Shown here piece after piece: positions 1 to 9,237 of a DNA stretch of 64,000 nucleotides. A program made the position numbers and the translations under genes. The notes under the pieces are model-generated. The model saw only the letters and a list, made by a program, of their open reading frames with translations. It searched no databases and was not told the origin of the DNA. Numbering within the stretch: the first letter of the stretch is position 1; every line of letters starts with the position of its first letter. The stretch is from an uncultured Kiloniellales bacterium (GTDB lineage: Bacteria; Actinomycetota; Acidimicrobiia; Spongiisociales; UBA5794), in contig CAXMSN010000092.1 of assembly GCA_964196275.1 (NCBI GenBank), positions 1,296-65,295 on the forward strand. Direction: 5' to 3'.

Positions 1-443
1 ACGTGGACACCATGTTCGAGTTCGACGGTGCCGTTGAGCATCTCACGCACCTCGATCGTCGTCTGTGGCGGCTCGAGAGGATGCCCGAGCGCCCAATCCT
101 CGGCGATCCTGAACTCGATATCCCGCGTGTACACATGGTCGAAGAGTCCAGCGATTATCTCTTTGGTGCCGAGCGGGCCGATGACAGTCAACGGCTCCGT
201 GCGACCGTTGTTCCACGACGCCATCAGCAGGTCTCCAAGCCCGCCGATGTGATCGAAGTGGTGATGGGTGATGAAGACCGCATCGAGGTCTTCTGTGCGC
301 ACTCCACAGCGAGCGAGTTGGGTAGCAACTCCTCGGCCGGCATCGAAGAGGAGTCGCAACCCGCCTGCCTCAACGAGTGTCGCGGGACCTTGGCGGGTGG
401 GGTCCGGGCGCGGTCCGCCTGTTCCGAGAAGAGTGATGCGCAT
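1..443 (-). CDS. MBL-fold metallo-hydrolase (RNase Z / beta-lactamase-like). The 5' end is complete; the 3' end runs off the window.
   Basis: Manual minus-strand translation from ATG at 443-441 gives MRITLLGTGGPRPDPTRQGPATLVEAGG... and contains the HxHxDH motif (FITHHHFDHIGG). It is absent from the ORF track because no stop lies inside the window. Confidence 0.8.
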   Translation of the reverse strand, partial: MRITLLGTGGPRPDPTRQGPATLVEAGGLRLLFDAGRGVATQLARCGVRTEDLDAVFITHHHFDHIGGLGDLLMASWNNGRTEPLTVIGPLGTKEIIAGLFDHVYTRDIEFRIAEDWALGHPLEPPQTTIEVREMLNGTVELEHGVH

Positions 444-471
444 GTCCCAACATTAGAGCTGAGGCGGCAGA

Positions 472-1389
472 TCAACCAGCGTGGACGAGTTCGACGACGT
501 CAGCCATGGCCTCAACGGCTTCTGACGCCTTGTTCGTGAGATCGCACCGGACTTCCGAGATACCGATATCGCCCAGCGCGAGTAGGAACTGCGAGATCTG
601 CTCTGCTGATCCGGCCGGGATGTTCTCGAAGCCTGATTCCGGTCGGTCATACCCGGGTGGAGCGACGGAGTACAGGTCGAGGGTCCGATCGAGGGAGGTT
701 GGATCGCGGTCTTCAGCCTCGCAGGCCCGATCAAGCGTTGCTGTGATCGAACCGACGCGTTCCTTGATCTCGTCCAGGGTCTCGTTGTACGCCCACCAGT
801 TCCAGGCATCGCCGAACCTGGCGGCGAGCGTCAGCATCTTGGTGCCCCCGGCGGCGATGTTGATACGAGGACCCTCCGTGCGGGGGCCCCGGAGTACCAA
901 CGCTGACTCCTTGGCTGTGTAGAACTCGCCGGCGTGGTCAACGCCGCCTGTCTTCAGCAGTCCGTGGATGATCTCGATCGCCTCGGCGAATCGTGAGTAA
1001 CGCCTGTCCGTGGGGAATCCGAAGGCCTCGTAGTCCGAATCCGCGGTGTTCCCAGCACCGATACCAAGGACGTATCGTCCTTCGGAGATCTCGTCGAGCG
1101 TTGTGGCGATACTCGCCACCATTGCTGGTGATCGGTACGGCGTATTGACGACGGACTGACCGAACCCAATTCGCTCCGTCGATGCGGCGATCGCACCGGC
1201 GATGGCTACGGACTCCCAAACGCCGTCGGAGGTCTCCTCTCCCTTGTAGAGCAGTGCGTCCTCGAAGACGAACATGTCGAACCCGACTGACTCGGCCGTG
1301 GCCGCGAGATCCCGAATCGAGTCCCAGGTCGGGGCGGGCGCCTCTGCTCCGGGTCGGCCGTGCAAACCAGCGATGAGTCCGATGTCCAT
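472..1389 (-). CDS. LLM-class (luciferase-like) flavin/F420-dependent oxidoreductase
   Basis: ORF 472..1545, trimmed to the internal ATG (MDIGLIAGLHGRPG...). Family-typical segments: GFDMFVFEDAL, RYVLGIGAGN, GPRINIAAGG. The upstream extension is Arg/Ser-rich and non-protein-like. Confidence 0.8.
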   Translation of the reverse strand: MDIGLIAGLHGRPGAEAPAPTWDSIRDLAATAESVGFDMFVFEDALLYKGEETSDGVWESVAIAGAIAASTERIGFGQSVVNTPYRSPAMVASIATTLDEISEGRYVLGIGAGNTADSDYEAFGFPTDRRYSRFAEAIEIIHGLLKTGGVDHAGEFYTAKESALVLRGPRTEGPRINIAAGGTKMLTLAARFGDAWNWWAYNETLDEIKERVGSITATLDRACEAEDRDPTSLDRTLDLYSVAPPGYDRPESGFENIPAGSAEQISQFLLALGDIGISEVRCDLTNKASEAVEAMADVVELVHAG

Positions 1390-1432
1390 GGTGAGGAAAC
1401 TAGCCGAAGTCGTATGAGCGGTGCGCTGGGAG

Positions 1433-1648
1433 TCAGGCGAAGATGCTGACCGCACCCCAGACCGCAATGAAGATCCCAACGCCGAGCAGCCAATATGCGC
1501 GACCGGCACGGAACTCGCCGGTCTCACCCTTGGGTGTGACGCCACGCCTGTGCTGGATGATCGCGTAGACGTTGCCGATCACCATGGCGAGGCCCAGCGC
1601 CAATGCGATCTGCTTGATGAGGATGTTGAGGTCAAGGATCTCTTCCAC
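1433..1648 (-). CDS. Small two-TM membrane protein, hypothetical
   Basis: 71-aa ORF with two hydrophobic helices and strong GC3 codon bias. No family recognised. Confidence 0.5.
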   Translation of the reverse strand: MEEILDLNILIKQIALALGLAMVIGNVYAIIQHRRGVTPKGETGEFRAGRAYWLLGVGIFIAVWGAVSIFA

Positions 1649-1705
1649 GGATCGGACGGTACATCGGTGTGGGCATATACCCGTGTGGTCTTAGCCTTGG
1701 CCGTT

Positions 1706-2635
1706 ATGCGCACGGAAGACCGATCTACAAACACCGATCTGAGGGCCTCGACTCGTCGGGGAACCCTCTCGGTGGTGATGTGGGTATTCGGCCTGTCGAC
1801 GACGCTCCTGCTGGTCGGGCTGTGGGGCCGTGCCGTCACGGTCGATGAGGCGACCATTGTGGAGTCGGCGAGGGCGGTTGTTGACGCGGAGGTGGCCCAA
1901 GACCGGATCTACGACTGGATCGGCGACGCGATCGCTGAGACCCAGAACGTCGGCGGCGAAGAGGTGTCTGCTGTTGTCGCTCGCCTCCGGAATCGACCCG
2001 AGATCGGTGCGGCGATCGATGTCATCGTGGAACAGTTCGTCGTGGCGTTGTTCGCACCAGAGGGTGGCTCAACCGTCGTGGACATCCAAGAGGCGGTCAC
2101 GCCCGTCATGCCCGTCGTGGTCGCCGAGTTGTCTGCCGAGAGTGTCGTTGTCGATGAGAGTCTCCTTGTGGCCGCGCTTGGGGATGCATCGGAGATCGAG
2201 TTCGATACCGGCGGGGTCGCAGGTGTCGCCGCCGTCGTCAGAGATGCGAAGGCACTCGTTTCACGAGTCGTCTTGTTCGCACTCGTGTCGATGGTTCTGT
2301 CGGCCACGACTGCCTTGGCGCTTGCAGAGAGACGCTATGCAATGGTGAGGACGCTGTCGTCGCGAGTGCTGTTGTCTGCCCTGTCGTTTGCGGTGCTGTT
2401 CAGGCTGGGATCGTGGGCGCTCGACCCGGAGCGCGGCGGGACGCCGGTTGCATCCGGTGGATCGATCATCCTCGGGTCGAACGGCCACATCTTCATCGTG
2501 ATCGCCGTGATCGCGGCAGCCGTCGGAATCGCAGGAGGCTGGGTTGCGTGGACGCGACAGCGCACCCGTCTCGAGCCACCAACCGCCGAGTCGGACCTAT
2601 CGGATGACGATACGAAGGAACTCGTCGCCGTCTGA
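1706..2635 (+). CDS. Hypothetical multi-pass membrane protein
   Basis: ORF 1421..2635, trimmed to ATG 1706 (MRTEDRST...). It has an N-terminal TM, an acidic/Val-rich ectodomain and several C-terminal TM helices. The start is uncertain. Confidence 0.55.
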   Translation: MRTEDRSTNTDLRASTRRGTLSVVMWVFGLSTTLLLVGLWGRAVTVDEATIVESARAVVDAEVAQDRIYDWIGDAIAETQNVGGEEVSAVVARLRNRPEIGAAIDVIVEQFVVALFAPEGGSTVVDIQEAVTPVMPVVVAELSAESVVVDESLLVAALGDASEIEFDTGGVAGVAAVVRDAKALVSRVVLFALVSMVLSATTALALAERRYAMVRTLSSRVLLSALSFAVLFRLGSWALDPERGGTPVASGGSIILGSNGHIFIVIAVIAAAVGIAGGWVAWTRQRTRLEPPTAESDLSDDDTKELVAV

Positions 2636-2690
2636 CGGCTGGGTTCCTCTTCCCTGTCGGCTCGACCATCGTGCGAGTACGCTCATCGTC

Positions 2691-3482
2691 ATGCCGAGGC
2701 CGTGCCATGTCGTTCGCGTATTCACCCGGGGTGAGCTTGGGGGAAACCATCTGGGTGTCGTCACCGACCTGGAGGGGCTGGACTCCGACTCGATGCAGGA
2801 GATCGCCAGCGATCTGAATTTCTCGGAGACGATCTTCGTGGATTCGGACGGCTCGGCCGACGCTGTAGTCCGCATCTTCACTCCGGTAAGTGAACTTCCG
2901 TTCGCCGGGCACCCGCTGGTTGGAGCCGCATGGATCTTGGCGAACCTTGGCGCCGGGTCAGCGGGCAGGATCATCGCCGAAGTCGGGCCCGTGGAGTACA
3001 CGGTGAGCGGAGCCAGCGTATCGGTTCGGTGCAGCATCCCGATCACCACTATCGAGCCGAACATCGTCCAGGAGGCTGTTGCAGGCGCTGGAATGCCCCA
3101 GCCGATCGCCACGAGCATTCTCGGCCTTCCCAAGGAGTACCTGATCGCTGAGTACGCAACCTTTGCTGATGTCGCCGCCCTCAGCCCCAACTTCGACGCG
3201 CTACTTGATCACTTCGGCCTGCTGTGCTTTGCGAGAGACGGCGACCTCGTCAAATCCAGGTTCTTCGTTCCCGAGGAGGGGATCCCAGAGGATCCTGCGA
3301 CGGGATCTGCCGCGGTGGCCCTCGCCAGGGAGTTCGTGCTGCGGGGGGAGACGGAAGGATCGGTCAGCGTCAGCCAGGGGGATGAGATCGGGCACCCATC
3401 GACGATCGAACTCTCTTGGGATGTTCGCGGCACCACGATCGGTGGCACGGTTGTGCGGGACGAGGTTCGTCTTGTCGGCTGA
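2691..3482 (+). CDS. PhzF-family isomerase
   Basis: VFTRGELGGNHLGVV..., FSETIFV, IFTPVSELPFAGHPLVGAAW and PEDPATGSAA are typical PhzF-fold motifs. Start set at ATG 2691. Confidence 0.8.
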   Translation: MPRPCHVVRVFTRGELGGNHLGVVTDLEGLDSDSMQEIASDLNFSETIFVDSDGSADAVVRIFTPVSELPFAGHPLVGAAWILANLGAGSAGRIIAEVGPVEYTVSGASVSVRCSIPITTIEPNIVQEAVAGAGMPQPIATSILGLPKEYLIAEYATFADVAALSPNFDALLDHFGLLCFARDGDLVKSRFFVPEEGIPEDPATGSAAVALAREFVLRGETEGSVSVSQGDEIGHPSTIELSWDVRGTTIGGTVVRDEVRLVG

Positions 3483-3537
3483 CTGCGCACGGTGGCCGCT
3501 CGTTCCCTAGGCTCGAATACAGACCAAGGGGAAACAC

Positions 3538-5325
3538 ATGCAGACGTTCACCACACCGGGCGAAAGAGCCGTCGCACCAGGCACCAACGCCGTATCGCTG
3601 TTGCGTGCTGTCGCTACTGACTCGCCGAAGACGGCGTCGCTTGCGTATCGGGACGGTGGCGCCTTCGTCGATGTCAGCGCTGCCGAGATGTGGGAGTCGG
3701 TGAAGGAGATCGCAGCGGGCCTCGTGGCGGCGGGAATCAACAAGGGCGACAGAGTTGCCCTGCACACCGCCACCCGCATCGAATTCACCCTCTTTGACTA
3801 TGCGATCTGGGCTGCAGGCGCTGCGACGACGACGATCTACGAGACTTCCTCAGCTGAGCAGATCAAATGGATCGTGTCCGACTCTGCGTCCGTGGCGATC
3901 ATCACCGAGAACGCAGAGACGGCGGCTGTCTTCCGATCCGTCGCAGATGACCTCCCCGATTGCAGGCAGACGTTCGTGATCGAAGACGGAGCGGTAGAGA
4001 CCCTCAAGTCGCTGGCAAGCGACGAAAGTCGCGCAGAGACCGCTCGACGGATCGATGGCATCGCGCACGGTGATCTCGCGACACTCGTCTACACGTCGGG
4101 GACGACCGGCATGCCGAAGGGGTGCGAGCTCACCCACTACAACTTTGCGTGGGAGGTCACGCAACTCGACGACTCGGTCGCCGAGCTCATGTCTGCGGGC
4201 AACCGCACGCTCATGTTCCTGCCACTCGCTCACATCTTCGCAAGAGCAGTCCAGTCGGCGTGTGTAGCGAAGGGCGTCACGATCGCCTACTCGACGGGAA
4301 TACCCAACCTCATCGAAGAGATGGCGATGGTGAAGCCGACGTGGATCTTTTCGGTGCCGAGAGTGTTCGAGAAGATCTACAACGGCGCAAAACAGAAAGC
4401 CGACGCCGACGGGAAGGGCAAGATCTTCGATAGGGCGGTGTCGACGGCGATCGCATACTCACAAGGTATCCAGCGGGGCAAGATCGGTATCGGGACGAGA
4501 GCGGAGCATGCCCTCTTCGACAAACTCGTGTACGGAAAGCTGAGGGCTGCGTTCGGCGGCGAGTTGCGATACGCGATCTCCGGCGGTGCCGCGCTCGGAT
4601 CGCGGCTCGGCCATTTCTTCCGAGGGATCGGAGTCACGCCTCTTGAGGGATACGGCCTGACAGAGACCACGGCAGGTGCGACGATCAACCGGCCCGATGC
4701 GATCCGAATCGGCACCGTCGGGCGGCCGTTGCAGGGAGCATCGGTCAGGATCGCTGAAGATGGGGAGGTTCTCATCAAGGGAGGACACGTGTTCTCCGGG
4801 TACTGGAACAACGAGACAGCAACCTCTGAGGCCCTGACAAGCGACGGTTGGTTCCACACGGGCGACATCGGTGTGCTCGATGGGGATGGGTTCCTTTCGA
4901 TCACCGGGCGCAAGAAGGAGATCATCGTCACCGCGTCCGGGAAGAACGTGGCTCCAGCCGTGCTCGAAGACCGCATGCGGTCAAACGCTCTGATCTCCCA
5001 GGTCATGGTTGTCGGCGATGCGCGTCCGTTCGTGGCTGCTCTGGTCACCCTCGATGAGGAGTCGCTCCCCGGTTGGGCATCGGCGAACGATCTCGGTGAC
5101 CTGTCACCGGACGATCTGCGGAGCCACGAGAAGGTGCGCGCCGAGGTGGACAAGGCTGTCACGTTTGCGAACGAGATGGTGTCGAAGCCCGAGTCGATCA
5201 GGGAGTATCGGATCCTTCCAAGCGACTTCAGCATCGAGGGAGGCGAGTTGACCCCAACGCTCAAGGTGAAGCGGTCGGTCGTTGCGAGCCGGAACGCGGC
5301 CTACATCGAGGACATGTACGGCTGA
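3538..5325 (+). CDS. Long-chain fatty-acid-CoA ligase (AMP-dependent synthetase)
   Basis: 595 aa. AMP-binding signature LVYTSGTTGMPKG, then GYGLTET, TGDIG...GFLSITGRKKE and the C-terminal ELTPTLKVKR. Confidence 0.9.
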   Translation: MQTFTTPGERAVAPGTNAVSLLRAVATDSPKTASLAYRDGGAFVDVSAAEMWESVKEIAAGLVAAGINKGDRVALHTATRIEFTLFDYAIWAAGAATTTIYETSSAEQIKWIVSDSASVAIITENAETAAVFRSVADDLPDCRQTFVIEDGAVETLKSLASDESRAETARRIDGIAHGDLATLVYTSGTTGMPKGCELTHYNFAWEVTQLDDSVAELMSAGNRTLMFLPLAHIFARAVQSACVAKGVTIAYSTGIPNLIEEMAMVKPTWIFSVPRVFEKIYNGAKQKADADGKGKIFDRAVSTAIAYSQGIQRGKIGIGTRAEHALFDKLVYGKLRAAFGGELRYAISGGAALGSRLGHFFRGIGVTPLEGYGLTETTAGATINRPDAIRIGTVGRPLQGASVRIAEDGEVLIKGGHVFSGYWNNETATSEALTSDGWFHTGDIGVLDGDGFLSITGRKKEIIVTASGKNVAPAVLEDRMRSNALISQVMVVGDARPFVAALVTLDEESLPGWASANDLGDLSPDDLRSHEKVRAEVDKAVTFANEMVSKPESIREYRILPSDFSIEGGELTPTLKVKRSVVASRNAAYIEDMYG

Positions 5326-5396
5326 GCGAGGATCCTGCGGGAACCAACCAGACGTTCTGATCGTCGTATAGGTGTCTGATCGAACGCTGGGGTTAC

Positions 5397-6560
5397 ATGC
5401 GCCGCCACATTCTCATAACGCTCTCGCTGCTCGCGCTCACTGTCGTGGGGATGCCGTCCGCGCTGGGGTACGTCACACCGCTCGGAGAGGTGCTGCCGGA
5501 TGGAGACGAACGGCCTGTCGTCGTGTCTGCGTCGCTCGCATTGCCGCAGCGCCACAACGACATCCTTGAAGCCGATCTCACAATCGAAGCATCGGACAAC
5601 AACCATGTCGTGGGCTACGAGTACCGCTGGATAGGTTTGAGCGTCGGCTCGACATTCGGGACCGATGTCGAATCACCCACCGTGAGCTACCGGTCCGTGA
5701 AGCCCGACAGTCACCAGGTCCTGCAGGTGAGAGCCATTGACTCGAACGGATGGAGGTCAACCTGGTTTCATGCATGGAGCGGGACCACACCCCCTCGGCC
5801 GAACCTGATCGTTGCGGGCGACTCGATCGCGTCCGGTTACACGCGGCAATGGTTCACCTCGAAAGGTACATGCGTTGATGCCAATGCCTCGTACGGGAGC
5901 ACGATCCGGACTTCGATCGCATCGTCACTCCCTTCCCAGTGGTCGCCGACGTACCGCAACGTCGCGTGGGCTGGAGCCGGAGTACACGCGATGGCAGATG
6001 GAGGCGTTGACTCGTGCGGGGTTTCGCACGGGAGCCAGGTGGAGGCGATCGACGCTGCAGCGGACGCGACAACGTGGAACATCGTGGTCGTAACTGCAGG
6101 CATCAACTCCACCAATTGGAGCAGCGTGATCGTGGACCTGACGAAGGACACAGCGTTCTCGTTCACCGATCGAGGGGACAGGGCCTGGTGTGAGTTCGGA
6201 GTGAGTCAGCGATGGAACATCTCAGAGCGTGCGCCGGGGATCACGACGGCCGTACGCGGCATCAGTACAACTCTGCGTACGGAGACCAATGCGGACGTCT
6301 ACTGGACCAGTTACTACGGGATCACCGACACCAAGCTCGCCCCCGGCTGGACACCGATCGGGTCCGAGTGCGATGAGGAGATGTCCGGTGCACTCGACCG
6401 ACTTCACTCAGCTATCAGAACCGGACTCCACAGTTCGGTGACATGGGTTGATGTCGACGGCTCCGTAGTGCCCACACAGGGCTGGGCGGGTTGGCCACAT
6501 CCGAATGATGATGGGCATCGGGTTATCGGACAACGGGTGGCCGCGACCATCGTCGGCTGA
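5397..6560 (+). CDS. Secreted SGNH/GDSL hydrolase with an N-terminal beta-rich (Fn3-like?) module
   Basis: Signal peptide MRRHILITLSLLALTVVGMPSALG. SGNH blocks: LIVAGDSIASGY (block I), VTAGINS (block III), HPNDDGH (block V). Confidence 0.7.
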   Translation: MRRHILITLSLLALTVVGMPSALGYVTPLGEVLPDGDERPVVVSASLALPQRHNDILEADLTIEASDNNHVVGYEYRWIGLSVGSTFGTDVESPTVSYRSVKPDSHQVLQVRAIDSNGWRSTWFHAWSGTTPPRPNLIVAGDSIASGYTRQWFTSKGTCVDANASYGSTIRTSIASSLPSQWSPTYRNVAWAGAGVHAMADGGVDSCGVSHGSQVEAIDAAADATTWNIVVVTAGINSTNWSSVIVDLTKDTAFSFTDRGDRAWCEFGVSQRWNISERAPGITTAVRGISTTLRTETNADVYWTSYYGITDTKLAPGWTPIGSECDEEMSGALDRLHSAIRTGLHSSVTWVDVDGSVVPTQGWAGWPHPNDDGHRVIGQRVAATIVG

Positions 6561-6584
6561 CCTCGACTCGTTTCTGTCGCTGCG

Positions 6585-7835
6585 GTGTGTCACGATGGAG
6601 ACATGGACGTACCCGGCATTCTGCACGCAGATCTCGATGCGTTCTATGCAGCGGTAGCGGTCCAGGAGGATCCTTCGCTTGCGGGAAAGCCGATGGCGGT
6701 CGGCGGCGGCGTTGTCCTGTCGTGTACCTATGAGGCACGTGCATACGGCGTCCGTGGCGGGATGCCCGTGCGCGAGGCTCGAACGCTGTGCCCGAACCTC
6801 ATCGTCGTCGATGGCACGTTCGGGGCGTACGTCGAGTTCTCCCGCAAGGTGTTCGACATCTTCGAGTCGTACACGCCGATGGTCGAGCGCCTCTCGATCG
6901 ACGAGGCTTTCCTCGACGTAACCGGTTCGGTCCACCTCTTTGGCTCGCCAGCCGACATCGCGAGGTCGATCCGGTCGGACGTGCATGCGACCACTGGCCT
7001 CAACGTGTCTGTCGGGGCCACAGCCAGGAAGTTCCTCTCCAAGATCGCAAGCCAGGTCGCCAAGCCGGATGGTCTCATCGTCGTGAGCCCTGGGGAGGAG
7101 TTGGAGTTCCTCCACCCGCTTTCGGTCTCGTATCTGTGGGGCGTGGGCCCTGTGACGAAGCGCAAGCTCAACGAACTCGGTATCCGAACGATCGGAGACA
7201 TCGCGGACACGGATGAGGACGCGCTTATCTCGATGCTCGGCCGAGGTGCAGCCTCACATTTGCATGCGCTTGCGAACAACATCGACCCGCGCCCCGTCCA
7301 GTCACGTGGGAAGGCGAAGTCGGTCAGCGCCCAGTCAGCGATGCGAGCCAAGGTGCGCTCTCTCGATGAACTCACCCCGACGCTCTTCCGGCTCACGGAC
7401 AAGGTTGCCTCGCGCCTCAGAGCGAAGGACCGATCGGCACGCACCGTCACGATCCGAGTCCGGTTCGGTGACCTGTCTGCGATCACGAGGTCATCCACAA
7501 TGCCAACGCCGACTGCTTCGACCGGTGCGCTCGTCGAGGTTGCGACCCGATTGCTTGTCGGCGTGCTTGACGAGTTCCCCAATCACGAGACCACACTGCT
7601 GAGCTTTGCCACATCTGGCATCGGCATCGATGAGCCGACACAGCTTGCGTTCGGCGTCGATGACGACGATGTCTCGGGAGGATCGCCGAAGGAACTTGAA
7701 CTCGAAGCCCTCGACGAGTCGGTCGATGAACTTCGAAAGCGTTACGGCGACGACGCGGTCACCCACGGCTCTGATCTCTTATCGGGCAGAACCGACCACA
7801 CCGACGGCCTCTCCGACATCATGACGAACGACTGA
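6585..7835 (+). CDS. dinB: DNA polymerase IV (Y-family)
   Basis: ILHADLDAFYAAV, YEARAYGVRGGMP and SIDEAFLDVTG are canonical DinB motifs. An alternative start lies at ATG 6603. Confidence 0.9.
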   Translation: MCHDGDMDVPGILHADLDAFYAAVAVQEDPSLAGKPMAVGGGVVLSCTYEARAYGVRGGMPVREARTLCPNLIVVDGTFGAYVEFSRKVFDIFESYTPMVERLSIDEAFLDVTGSVHLFGSPADIARSIRSDVHATTGLNVSVGATARKFLSKIASQVAKPDGLIVVSPGEELEFLHPLSVSYLWGVGPVTKRKLNELGIRTIGDIADTDEDALISMLGRGAASHLHALANNIDPRPVQSRGKAKSVSAQSAMRAKVRSLDELTPTLFRLTDKVASRLRAKDRSARTVTIRVRFGDLSAITRSSTMPTPTASTGALVEVATRLLVGVLDEFPNHETTLLSFATSGIGIDEPTQLAFGVDDDDVSGGSPKELELEALDESVDELRKRYGDDAVTHGSDLLSGRTDHTDGLSDIMTND

Positions 7836-7863
7836 CCACTGGACGTCGGGCTGTGTACGACCA

Positions 7864-9216
7864 TCACACGACGCTGCCGCTGCGCTCCTGGATGACGAAT
7901 CGCTCGAGTCTGTCCATTGCTGTGGCTAGCGCGTGCTTGTCGACCCCTGCGTAGACGATGCGGAACATGCCGTACTTGGTATGGCCGAATCCTTCGCCAG
8001 GGGTTAGAAGAACGCTCGTGCTCGAGTAGATCTTCTGCCAGAGATCATGGGCTGCTTCAGCGGTGTCATGTTCGAGAAGTCCCGAGAAATCTGTCCACAC
8101 GAACAGGCCTCCCCGTGACGGAACGTACGGAATGCTGCATCGTCGAAGTACGCGGATGACATCCACATAGGCCTCGGTCAATCTCGAGCTGTTGTCATCG
8201 ATGAACGATGTCACGAATGCATCATCCTCGAGGATGCTCTGCACCACCCACTGGGTGAGATTGGATGTCATGCTGAACGTGTTGAGCAGGCCGAATGCAG
8301 CTATGAACTCTTCATTGCGCGAATACATCAGCCCGACTCGGAAGCCAGACACGCCGAAGTCTTTCGAGAGCGCGTAGCCGTAGTGCAGATAGTCGCTGGA
8401 CCTGTCTTCGAGTGTCTGGGCAAAGGAGGCGAAGACCGGGTTGACCCGGTAGTCCCCGACCAGTTCGGGATGTTCCGTGTCGATGCGTGACAACCCGTAG
8501 ATCTCGTTCACGATGAGGTGGATTCGATGTCCTGTGCACCAATCAGCGATCGCTTCGAGGGATGGACGGTCGTACATGCCGCCCGTCGGATTGTCCGGCG
8601 TCGTCAAGATGAGCAGGCGGAACCTCTGACCCGTGGATTCGATGTCAGCAAGGGCATCGTCGAGGTGGCCGGTCGTCAGGAGTGGCCCGTCACTGATCTC
8701 TGCGACGTCATGGTGCGTGATCAGGTCGTATCGAATCAATTCGGCTCTGGCCCCCACATCATGGGTGTACACCGGATATGACGGTGAGGGGATCACCACC
8801 ACGTCACCGGGATCGCCGAGGACGTGGGCTGAGATGTCTATCGCCGACATCGCTCCGGAAGTGAGCACAAGCAGATCAGGGTCGATCGGGCAACCGGTGA
8901 GGTGTCTCCTCATGAACGTGGCGACTGCCTGCCGCACGTCCGGGTGGCCAGCGAAGTTCGTGTACTTCGCCAACCAGTCAGGAAGGGGTTGACTAGCGGT
9001 GACTTCCTCGATCTTGAGCTTGAGCGCCGCCCACCCGAGCGTGTTCTCCGCGACGTTGAGGGTGATGGCACCATCAGGGTTGTCGGTCGCGTGGTACTGG
9101 TTCTGCTGCGCCTCGTTGAAGGCCTCCTGGTCTGGGCGCGAAGTGGACTCAGCCGCTCTCGCTCCCCGTCGCGAGAGAGCCGCCGTCTCCACCGTCGTAT
9201 TGTCCTGACTTTCCAT
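7864..9216 (-). CDS. Class I/II PLP-dependent aminotransferase (ACC-synthase-like subgroup)
   Basis: 450 aa. Contains NVAENTL, PDNPTG and the PLP-lysine motif SKDFGVSGFRVG. Confidence 0.85.
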   Translation of the reverse strand: MESQDNTTVETAALSRRGARAAESTSRPDQEAFNEAQQNQYHATDNPDGAITLNVAENTLGWAALKLKIEEVTASQPLPDWLAKYTNFAGHPDVRQAVATFMRRHLTGCPIDPDLLVLTSGAMSAIDISAHVLGDPGDVVVIPSPSYPVYTHDVGARAELIRYDLITHHDVAEISDGPLLTTGHLDDALADIESTGQRFRLLILTTPDNPTGGMYDRPSLEAIADWCTGHRIHLIVNEIYGLSRIDTEHPELVGDYRVNPVFASFAQTLEDRSSDYLHYGYALSKDFGVSGFRVGLMYSRNEEFIAAFGLLNTFSMTSNLTQWVVQSILEDDAFVTSFIDDNSSRLTEAYVDVIRVLRRCSIPYVPSRGGLFVWTDFSGLLEHDTAEAAHDLWQKIYSSTSVLLTPGEGFGHTKYGMFRIVYAGVDKHALATAMDRLERFVIQERSGSVV

Positions 9217-9237
9217 CGGCTCCCCTCTCAGAGATTT